A stretch of DNA of 32,000 bases from Propionibacteriaceae bacterium (GTDB lineage: Bacteria; Actinomycetota; Actinomycetes; Propionibacteriales; Propionibacteriaceae). Of the stretch, positions 1 through 6,651 are shown one piece after another; within the stretch, counting starts at the first letter, position 1; every line of letters starts with the position of its first letter. The position numbers were made by a program, and so were the translations under genes. The notes under the pieces were generated by a model that saw only the letters and a list, made by a program, of their open reading frames with translations, had not been told where the DNA came from and searched no databases. Where the stretch lies: NCBI GenBank assembly GCA_031256725.1, contig JAIRQE010000014.1, positions 27,022-59,021 of the forward strand. Reading direction: 5' to 3'.

Positions 1-689
1 CACCATCCGATGATCATTGATACAAGGATTCCGGCGACGACGTACCACATGAACTGGGCGTAGAGGTTGACGATCTCCACGGCCGGTTCGCCGATCCACC
101 ATCCCAGTGCCAGGTACCCTGCCTGGAAGATGGCCGAGACCACGAGTACGGGGGGAAGGAACTTTTTCAGAGGAGTACCAGCCGCCCCAATGGCAGCATA
201 AACGATGGGCATGGGGAAGGGGATCGGTAGAAAGGTGAGGAATATTGCGAGCAACCAATAACGGTTTGTGATGCGTACGGCCCGCTCAGCTCGTTTCTTG
301 GCTCGCTCGGATTGACCAGCAAGAAGATCAATAATGTTCGTACCCCAGAGTTTCCCGGCCCACCAGTACACCCATGAAAACTTGATCAGGGAAATGCTTG
401 CGATAAGCCAGTACACGAGAATAGGCCCACCATGTACGAAGACCCATGCGCCTGTGGCGACCACTGAGGTACGACCTCCCGTGATCATCGCGGCAGCTGG
501 GGGACTCCACCCAATCAGGATCGCCCTCAATGGAAGAAGTGCTAACCCATAGATTCCGACAACGGCGATCCACGTCCAGCAAGCCAGATCAGATCGTGTT
601 GGTTTATGTTTCCATGGCAGGGAGGGATCATCCCACCACGGCTTCTCCTCGTCGGTAGCCTCAGTGTCTTTGATCTCGGTCATACTCAT
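1..689 (-). CDS. Polytopic membrane protein, tentatively VTT (DedA/TVP38-like) family. The start is in the window and the C-terminus runs off the left edge.
   Basis: My own reverse-strand translation starts at the ATG at 689-687 and stays open to position 1. It reads MSMTEIKDTEATDEEKPWWDDPSLPWKHKPTRSDLACWTWIAVVGIYGLALLPLRAILIGW...RYWLLAIFLTFLPIPFPMPIVYAAIGAAGTPLKKFLPPVLVV... The ORF is absent from the ORF track, presumably because no stop lies inside the window. It has several hydrophobic helices. The FLPIPFP..Y..G segment resembles VTT-domain proteins. The family call is tentative. Confidence 0.6.
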   Translation of the reverse strand, partial: MSMTEIKDTEATDEEKPWWDDPSLPWKHKPTRSDLACWTWIAVVGIYGLALLPLRAILIGWSPPAAAMITGGRTSVVATGAWVFVHGGPILVYWLIASISLIKFSWVYWWAGKLWGTNIIDLLAGQSERAKKRAERAVRITNRYWLLAIFLTFLPIPFPMPIVYAAIGAAGTPLKKFLPPVLVVSAIFQAGYLALGWWIGEPAVEIVNLYAQFMWYVVAGILVSMIIGW

Positions 690-720
690 CCCGTCTTGAT
701 CATCACATTTTACCGTACTG

Positions 721-782
721 TTAGTTGGGGTCGGTTCGTTTTTGAGATGAAAATGTATCAAAAACGAACCGGCCCCACCTAA
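721..782. repeat. Long imperfect palindrome with 25-nt arms and a 12-nt spacer, in the divergent intergenic region between the VTT-like gene and msiK.
   Basis: Left arm TTAGTTGGGGTCGGTTCGTTTTTGA (721-745). Right arm TCAAAAACGAACCGGCCCCACCTAA (758-782). 23 of 25 positions are complementary, and one of the two mismatches is a T:G. The right arm contains an exact 18-mer that is also found at 20955-20972. Confidence 0.85.
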
Positions 783-896
783 CACATAAATTGGGACTTG
801 ACGTATCGCAGAAACATGGAAAACTGTTAGGGAAGGGATTTCACCCTCCACTAAGGATCGTCGGGCACGTACCGCCCGTGGAAAGGTTATATCGCT

Positions 897-1988
897 ATGG
901 CTACAGTCAAGTTCCAAGGCGCAACACGCATCTATCCCGGTTCAGATCATCCCGCTGTCGATAAACTCGATTTGGAAATCGGCGACGGCGAATTCATGGT
1001 CTTGGTCGGACCTTCCGGATGCGGCAAGTCAACATCTCTACGTATGCTCGCAGGCCTCGAAGAGGTCAACGAAGGCAACATCTTTATCGGTGAACGCGAC
1101 GTCACCGATCTTCCCCCCAAGGACCGCGACATCGCAATGGTCTTCCAAAACTATGCTCTGTACCCCCATATGACTGTCGCTGACAATATGGGCTTTGCAC
1201 TCAAGATGCAAAACGTACCCAAGGCTGAACGTGAACAGCGTGTCATGGAGGCAGCCAAGCTGCTTGGTCTCGAAGAGTATCTTTCTCGCAAGCCGAAGGC
1301 TCTTTCCGGTGGCCAGCGCCAGCGTGTTGCCATGGGTCGTGCCATCGTACGTCAGCCTCAGGTCTTCCTCATGGACGAGCCGTTGTCGAACCTTGATGCG
1401 AAATTGCGTGTGTCGACCCGTACCCAAATTGCGGCACTTCAAACCCGTTTGGGTGTCACAACGGTGTACGTGACCCACGACCAGGTTGAGGCTATGACCA
1501 TGGGTCATCGTGTTGCGGTTATGAAGGACGGCCTTCTTCAGCAGGTCGATTCCCCGTTGACTTTATACCACCAGCCCGCCAACCTCTTCGTTGCTGGCTT
1601 CATCGGTTCCCCGGCTATGAACCTTCTTACTGGAAGGATCGTTGAGGGTGGAGTCCAGATGGGTGATTACGTCGTACCGGTCTCCCGTGAGGTTCTTGAG
1701 AAGGCCAAGGGTGAGGAGACTCTGACCCTCGGTATTCGTCCTGAGACCTTCTCGGTGGCAGACAAGGGTATTGCTGTGGATGTTTCCGTGGTTGAGGAAC
1801 TGGGTTCCGATACCTACCTGTATGCAACCCAGTCCGGGTTGGCTGATGACGAGAAATTGAAGGCAGCCCAGATTGTTGCCCGTGTCGCTACCGGGTCGCC
1901 TGGACGTCAAGGTGGCGCAGTACGACTGGGCGTTGACCCCGAGAAGATTCACATCTTCTCCAACGAGTCGCAGTTGCGTCTATCGTAA
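897..1988 (+). CDS. msiK: Sugar ABC transporter ATP-binding protein, MalK/UgpC/MsiK type.
   Basis: 363 aa. Walker A GPSGCGKST, signature LSGGQRQR, Walker B FLMDEPLSNLD and H-loop VTHD are present. A C-terminal regulatory-type domain is typical of the MalK/MsiK family. GGAAAGG lies about 10 nt upstream of the ATG. Confidence 0.9.
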   Translation: MATVKFQGATRIYPGSDHPAVDKLDLEIGDGEFMVLVGPSGCGKSTSLRMLAGLEEVNEGNIFIGERDVTDLPPKDRDIAMVFQNYALYPHMTVADNMGFALKMQNVPKAEREQRVMEAAKLLGLEEYLSRKPKALSGGQRQRVAMGRAIVRQPQVFLMDEPLSNLDAKLRVSTRTQIAALQTRLGVTTVYVTHDQVEAMTMGHRVAVMKDGLLQQVDSPLTLYHQPANLFVAGFIGSPAMNLLTGRIVEGGVQMGDYVVPVSREVLEKAKGEETLTLGIRPETFSVADKGIAVDVSVVEELGSDTYLYATQSGLADDEKLKAAQIVARVATGSPGRQGGAVRLGVDPEKIHIFSNESQLRLS

Positions 1989-2058
1989 AGGCGAAATTCT
2001 TGTCCCACATGTGCCCATTCCCAAATCGACACCGCAATCGAAGATGGCCGCTATATTG

Positions 2059-2097
2059 TGGAGGTACCTCCAGGGCGACGATACCCTATCGTCGCCC
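2059..2097 (+). terminator. Two adjacent hairpins downstream of msiK; candidate intrinsic terminator.
   Basis: A perfect 14-bp palindrome TGGAGGTACCTCCA (2059-2072) is followed directly by GGGCGACGAT-ACCCT-ATCGTCGCCC (2073-2097), a 10-bp perfect stem. There is no U-tract, which is common in actinobacteria. Confidence 0.55.
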
Positions 2098-2165
2098 TGG
2101 CTGACGGATATGAGAACAGTTGGTACGCAGGCTATACCGGCACATAGTTCAACTCTTTCACTTGT

Positions 2166-3413
2166 GTGGCATGGAAGAATGGAAGGGTGCCCAAGTTCAT
2201 CTCTGCAACGCCGGACTCGCGTTTACTGCCCTTTCCGTGGGATACCGCTCTAGAAGAGTGGCCTGCGGATCTGTTGGTTGCTCTTCCGAGGGGATTGTCA
2301 CGTCACGTTGTTCGATTCATTCAGGTGGGGGATAGCGTCTATGCGGCCAAGGAAGTGATTGAGCATCTCGCTGACCATGAGTACCGCCTCCTCCAGGACC
2401 TGAAGAGGTTGGGCTGCCCTGCCGTGGAACCCATTGGAATCATTACTGGGCGTCGGGACAAGAATGGGGAAGATCTTGACCCCATCCTGTTGACTCGCCA
2501 CCTTGAGTTCTCACTGCCCTATCGATCCTTGTTCACCCCAGGGGTACGACAGGAGACAGTCTCAAGGTTGCTAGATGCCATGGTTGTCCTCATTGCTCGC
2601 CTTCATCTCATTGGTTTCCAATGGGGGGATGTTTCCCTGTCCAATATCCTTTTCCGTCGTGATGCAAGCGCTTTTGCGGCCTACCTGGTTGATGCTGAGA
2701 CCGGGAGAATGCATCCCCAACTCACCGATGGGCAACGCGAACAGGATCTCGACATCGCTCGTACCAATATCTTCGGGGACTTCCTGGATCTCCAGGCGGC
2801 AGGAATGCTTCTGGATCCCTTCGATCCTTTACAGCTTATCGATAGTACGATCCGGCGCTATGAGGAACTGTGGAAGGAACTCACAGGTGTTGAAGAGTTC
2901 GCAGGTACCCAACGTGAAAGAATTGAGGGGAGGGTACGACGGCTCAATGCGCTCGGATTCGATGTCGCAGAAATGGACATCGAGACCGATAGTGGTGGGG
3001 CAACAATCAGGATCCAACCCAAGGTCGTGGACGCAGGACACCATCAGCGCCGCCTCATGAGGCTCACTGGTCTTGATACCGAAGAGAATCAGGCTCGAAG
3101 GATTCTCAATGCACTCGACTCTTACCGCTTTCGCTCCGGTCAATCCCAGGTCGCGGAGGCTGTGGTCGCCCACAAGTGGCTCACAGAGGTTTTCGAGCCC
3201 GTCATGGCATCAGTACCACCCGAGCTGGGGGCCAAACGCGAACCTGCTCAGGTCTTCCATGAACTCCTCGACTACAGGTGGTATATGTCCCAGCGTGAAG
3301 ACCGTGATGTACCCCTCCTGGAAGCTGTGAACGGCTATGTTGACGAGGTCTTGCAGGAGCTTCCCGATGAGGCTCTTGGTACCGAGAACTGGGATGAGTC
3401 CGAAGACAGGTAG
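2166..3413 (+). CDS. DUF4032-type protein with a lipopolysaccharide-kinase/RIO-like N-terminal half.
   Basis: 415 aa. The N-terminus ([22 protein letters not shown]) and the kinase-like core ([29 protein letters not shown]) match my memory of actinobacterial DUF4032 proteins. The start is uncertain: GTG at 2166 or GTG at 2187. Confidence 0.7.
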   Translation: MAWKNGRVPKFISATPDSRLLPFPWDTALEEWPADLLVALPRGLSRHVVRFIQVGDSVYAAKEVIEHLADHEYRLLQDLKRLGCPAVEPIGIITGRRDKNGEDLDPILLTRHLEFSLPYRSLFTPGVRQETVSRLLDAMVVLIARLHLIGFQWGDVSLSNILFRRDASAFAAYLVDAETGRMHPQLTDGQREQDLDIARTNIFGDFLDLQAAGMLLDPFDPLQLIDSTIRRYEELWKELTGVEEFAGTQRERIEGRVRRLNALGFDVAEMDIETDSGGATIRIQPKVVDAGHHQRRLMRLTGLDTEENQARRILNALDSYRFRSGQSQVAEAVVAHKWLTEVFEPVMASVPPELGAKREPAQVFHELLDYRWYMSQREDRDVPLLEAVNGYVDEVLQELPDEALGTENWDESEDR

Positions 3414-3423
3414 GATTGCTTTC

Positions 3424-4818
3424 ATGACTCTCTCTTTGTATGACACTGCCCGTCGGGCCCAGATCCCCTTTGTGCCCTTGATTCCCGGAGAGGTCTCAAT
3501 GTACTGTTGCGGACTCACAGTTCAGTCTGCACCCCATCTCGGTCACGTCCGCAAGGAACTCGTTTTCGATGTACTGCGCCGGTGGCTGACCGCCTCAGGC
3601 TACAAGGTCACCCAGGTCACCAATGTCACCGATATCGATGATAAGATCCTCGCAAAGTCAGCCGAAGCGGGGGTTGAATGGTTCGCCCATGCCTACACCT
3701 ATGAACTGGAACTCCATCGCGCCTATGTTGCCTTGGGGATGCTGCCTCCCACCTATGAGCCCCGTGCCACGGGCCATATCCCTGAGATGATCGAACTGGT
3801 TCAGGAGATCATTGACAAGGGTCACGCCTACCCTGCCACGGATGGTTCCGGGGATGTCTACTTCGATGTACGTTCCTGGCCAGAATATGGCGCACTGTCA
3901 GGCCAGAAGCTCGACGAGATGGAACCCGCCCAGGACGCTGACCCGCGAGGCAAGCGTGATCCCAGGGATTTCGCCCTCTGGAAGGGGGCTAAAGGAGGTG
4001 AGCCACTTACAGCATCCTGGAACTCGCCCTGGGGGAGGGGACGCCCCGGTTGGCACCTGGAATGCTCTGCCATGGCCGGGAAGTATCTCGGTGACTCTTT
4101 CGACATCCATGGTGGTGGAATTGACCTGAAGTTCCCCCACCACGAGAACGAGATGGCCCAATCCAGGGCTGCTGGACGAGGCTTCGCCCAGTACTGGCTC
4201 CACAATGCCTGGGTCACTGCTGCTGGTGAGAAGATGAGCAAATCACTCGGCAACGGTCTCATCGTCACCGAGGTCACCAAGCGTTGGCCGGCCAGGGCTG
4301 TACGTCTTTACTTAGTCGGTCCCCACTATCGCTCCATGATTGAGTACTCGGAAGCCTCCCTTGAGGAAGCCGTGACCGCCCTAGCTCGAATCGATTCCTT
4401 CGTCAATCGAGCCCTGGAGGTAGTCTCAGAGACTCCCACGACTGTGCCTGACCGTTTCGCTATCGCCATGGATGACGACCTGGGTACCCCTGCCGCGCTC
4501 GCTGTACTCCACGAAACAGTACGCGAAGGCAACCGAGCCCTAGAATCCGCCGACAACACTGGAGCCGCCCAAGCCCTCTCTCAGGTACAAGCAATGCTCG
4601 ATGTCCTAGGCCTAAGAGCCGACGATCCCATCTGGGGCAACCAGGCCAGTTCCGACCTTGAGCCCGTAGTAGACGGCCTGGTGAGCGCCCTCTTGGAACA
4701 ACGTACTGCCGCTCGTGAGCGCAAGGATTACGCCGCCTCCGACGCTATCCGTGACCACCTAGCCAACCTTGGTCTCACCATCGAGGACACCCCCTCCGGC
4801 CCCAGATGGACACGATAA
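3424..4818 (+). CDS. cysS: Cysteine--tRNA ligase.
   Basis: The ORF track frame 3337..4818 is trimmed to the ATG at 3424 ([19 protein letters not shown]), 10 nt after the upstream stop. The class I motifs HLGH (HIGH) and KMSKS are present, along with the CysRS-typical WHLECS and PHHENE. Confidence 0.95.
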   Translation: MTLSLYDTARRAQIPFVPLIPGEVSMYCCGLTVQSAPHLGHVRKELVFDVLRRWLTASGYKVTQVTNVTDIDDKILAKSAEAGVEWFAHAYTYELELHRAYVALGMLPPTYEPRATGHIPEMIELVQEIIDKGHAYPATDGSGDVYFDVRSWPEYGALSGQKLDEMEPAQDADPRGKRDPRDFALWKGAKGGEPLTASWNSPWGRGRPGWHLECSAMAGKYLGDSFDIHGGGIDLKFPHHENEMAQSRAAGRGFAQYWLHNAWVTAAGEKMSKSLGNGLIVTEVTKRWPARAVRLYLVGPHYRSMIEYSEASLEEAVTALARIDSFVNRALEVVSETPTTVPDRFAIAMDDDLGTPAALAVLHETVREGNRALESADNTGAAQALSQVQAMLDVLGLRADDPIWGNQASSDLEPVVDGLVSALLEQRTAARERKDYAASDAIRDHLANLGLTIEDTPSGPRWTR

Positions 4819-4851
4819 CTAGTTTCCCCAAGGAGTTCTAGCCTCATAATT

Positions 4852-4873
4852 ACGAATACATGACGTTATTCGT
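4852..4873. terminator. Weak AT-rich hairpin between the convergent cysS and rlmB genes.
   Basis: ACGAATA (4852-4858) and TATTCGT (4867-4873) form a 7-bp stem with an 8-nt loop. The hairpin overlaps the rlmB stop codon. Support as a terminator is marginal. Confidence 0.25.
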
Positions 4874-5786
4874 CGGTGTAGTCGATGGTACCTTCGCGGG
4901 AGAGTTCATAGAGGGCAATGGCCGTGGCTACTGAAGCGTTCAAGGATTCCACACTCCCCTCAATGGGGATACGTACTAGAGCATCACAGTGCTCTCTGAC
5001 AAGGCGGGATAGGCCATCCCCTTCTGATCCGACAACGAGGATGATGGGGCCTTCGATACCGATCTCATCGATTTGGGACTGCCCTTCCCCTGCGAGTCCA
5101 ATGACAGTGAATCCAGCGTTGATGAACTCATCCAAAGTACGATTCAGGTTCACGACTTGGGCTACGGGCAGACGTGCAGCAGCACCAGCGGATGCCTTCC
5201 ATGCAGAGGCTGTCATCTTGGCACTGCGTCTTTCTGGAATCACCACACCAGCGGAGGCGAATGCTGCAGCTGATCGGATGATCGCTCCGAGGTTGTGTGG
5301 ATCCGTGATGTGGTCACAGGCGACAACAACCTTGTTATGGATACGAGCATCCTCAAGGACATCCCTGACATCGGCGTACTCGAAACTGGGAAGAAGCAAA
5401 CCCACAGACTGATGTATCGTTCCACCAGTGAGGCGATCAAGTTCGGGTTTCGTGGTGGCCAGCATGGGGATCGAATGGCTGGCCGTGAATTTCAAGATCT
5501 CACGCAGACGGTCATCACGATCAGCCCCATCAACAATATAGGCCGCTTTGACAGGGATCTCAGCCTGGAGTGCCTCCAATACGGCATTACGCCCGACAAC
5601 CCATTCACCACTTGCCTTGGGCTTTGATGTACTACCACCCTTGGTTGGTTTACGCTTCTGGGCGGCCTGTTTTGCCTTGTAAGCCGCATGATATTCGCGG
5701 TCTTCAGCTCGTGGTGTTGGGCCTCGCCCAGCTAGTCCTTTGCGAATCCGTCCGCCAGATCCTGCAGTATTACGTCCTCTAGTCAC
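4866..5786 (-). CDS. rlmB: 23S rRNA (guanosine-2'-O)-methyltransferase, SpoU/TrmH family (RlmB-like).
   Basis: 306 aa. A basic N-terminal extension is followed by a SpoU substrate-binding region (EWVVGRNAVLEAL) and a SpoU methylase core (DHITDPHNLGAIIRSA, LVVGSEGDGLSRLV, IPIEGSVESLNASVA). Confidence 0.9.
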   Translation of the reverse strand: MTRGRNTAGSGGRIRKGLAGRGPTPRAEDREYHAAYKAKQAAQKRKPTKGGSTSKPKASGEWVVGRNAVLEALQAEIPVKAAYIVDGADRDDRLREILKFTASHSIPMLATTKPELDRLTGGTIHQSVGLLLPSFEYADVRDVLEDARIHNKVVVACDHITDPHNLGAIIRSAAAFASAGVVIPERRSAKMTASAWKASAGAAARLPVAQVVNLNRTLDEFINAGFTVIGLAGEGQSQIDEIGIEGPIILVVGSEGDGLSRLVREHCDALVRIPIEGSVESLNASVATAIALYELSREGTIDYTDE

Positions 5787-5887
5787 CTGGAGATTCTACC
5801 GACTCACCCCGAACCCACGCGAAGTGAGCATAGAATTCCATATTCCCCACTTTCACAAAATCTGCACGAATGACATGTAAACGTCTA

Positions 5888-6003
5888 TGTGGGAGGAGTG
5901 GGATATGTCTGTTCTGGACCGTCTTCCCGAATGGAGGAGTTGTTTCCATGTGGAAACAACTGCGTGAATGTGTCCAGAATAGACATATCCCACTCCTCCC
6001 ACA
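5888..6003 (+). repeat. Nested-hairpin repeat element, copy 1 (sense on the + strand).
   Basis: The 31-nt arms GTGGGAGGAGTGGGATATGTCTGTTCTGGAC (5889-5919) and GTCCAGAATAGACATATCCCACTCCTCCCAC (5972-6002) are complementary except for one G:T. The inner hairpin is AGTTGTTTCC-ATGT-GGAAACAACT (5938-5961). It is homologous to 29144-29249 on the opposite strand. Confidence 0.9.
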
Positions 6004-6313
6004 CGTATCTAAACCAAAGCTACGAAGAGTTTTACACAAACCCTTGCGTCAAGGGAAAATGCGGTCTATCCTCGATAGTAACGGGGAATGAGTACAAGCC
6101 GAACGCACGGGTGAGTGCTCACATCTCGATAGGGGGATGTCCTATTCGAGAGAGGGAAGTAGCATGCACATCCAGCCTACGCTCGCGATAAGTTCGGCAA
6201 TGCCAAGTGTCGTATTTAGGTGCAGCATGATGATGGGGAAGACGGCTGGGTTGGCCGTACTTTATGAATTTCTCGAATAATCAATGATGGCCGAAGGGGT
6301 ACGGCTGTCATTC

Positions 6314-6358
6314 CCCGAAGGCAGGGTCCTCACGCGCGAGGCTCCTGCCTTCGGGTTT
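6314..6358 (+). terminator. Strong GC-rich hairpin followed by TTT; candidate terminator. It may also serve the minus-strand pit operon.
   Basis: CCCGAAGGCAGG (6314-6325) pairs perfectly with CCTGCCTTCGGG (6344-6355). There is an inner CCTC/GAGG extension, followed by TTT at 6356-6358. Confidence 0.5.
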
Positions 6359-6390
6359 CACTATTACATTTGGATTATGACTAGTATTCG

Positions 6391-6416
6391 GGGAGGGGTG
6401 GGGATATGTCTGTTCT
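6391..6416 (+). repeat. Arm-only (left arm) copy of the nested-hairpin element.
   Basis: GGGAGGGGTGGGGATATGTCTGTTCT compares with copy 1 left arm GGGAGGAGTGGGATATGTCTGTTCT, differing by one substitution and one extra G. No matching right arm follows. The copy ends on the stop codon (6415-6417) of the small minus-strand ORF. Confidence 0.75.
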
Positions 6417-6651
6417 AGTGGAAGTACGGGATCATCAAATACAATCCGAAGGCCACTACACATGCCATCAATCCAAGGAAGATGAATCCGAGGATCCTTC
6501 TAGGTTGAGAAGCCTTCTCTTCACCTTTGGGTGGATGGAAGAAGTAATTCGAAACACTCATCAACGCGGCAATAATCACTGTAGCGGCGATCGATACGGC
6601 AGCCACAAGCAATAGGGCCATCCAGTCAATGGCATAGATGAGACTAGGCAT
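6415..6651 (-). CDS. Small two-helix membrane protein, translationally overlapping the end of pit.
   Basis: 78 aa with two clear hydrophobic helices (WMALLLVAAVSIAATVIIAALM and ILGFIFLGLMACVVAFGLYLMI) separated by a charged loop. Its ATG at 6651 overlaps the pit stop (6644-6646) by 8 nt. I recognise no family. Confidence 0.55.
   Translation of the reverse strand: MPSLIYAIDWMALLLVAAVSIAATVIIAALMSVSNYFFHPPKGEEKASQPRRILGFIFLGLMACVVAFGLYLMIPYFH

Noticed and set aside
5888-6003. The hairpin element as a classical MITE with target-site duplication.
   Set aside because: The copy 1 flanks (ACGTCTA | ... | ACGTATCTA) are only loosely similar, and the copy 2 flanks (GTGCGC | ... | CCACAG) show no duplication. 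The arms covary between copies instead of being conserved like transposase-binding TIRs. No transposase is present. This is not excluded, which is why it is listed as a check under the main finding.
5779-6191. ORFs of 73-100 aa running through hairpin copy 1 on both strands (5870..6091 +, 5889..6191 +, 5779..6039 -). Their counterparts through copy 2 are 29068..29352 -, 29081..29365 - and 28947..29219 +. One includes a 47-codon frame preceded by GGAGGAG (5933-5939) with an ATG at 5948.
   Set aside because: Both strands stay open simply because the sequence is a GC-rich palindrome. The apparent peptide similarity between copies (LFW..V.P.GGV.S.WKQLRE.VQNR) follows from ~80% nucleotide identity in every frame. 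The ATG at 5948 is GAA in copy 2, and the copy 2 frame runs into the nucleoside phosphorylase start. A coding role is not excluded but is less parsimonious than a structural element.
6137-6280. A 47-codon + strand ORF (MSYSREGSSMHIQPTLAISSAMPSVVFRCSMMMGKTAGLAVLYEFLE) in the spacer.
   Set aside because: The G-rich stretch abuts the ATG with no spacing, the composition is unremarkable, and there is no recognisable family. I kept the region only as a possible non-coding transcript.
6004-6390. tmRNA, RNase P RNA, SRP RNA or 6C RNA in the long spacer.
   Set aside because: None of the hallmark sequences I know are visible on either strand. These are a GGGGCUGA 5' end with a tag ORF ending in LAA and a UCCACCA-type 3' end (tmRNA), GAGGAAAGUCC (RNase P), the GGAA/AGCA symmetric loop (SRP), and twin C-rich loops (6C).
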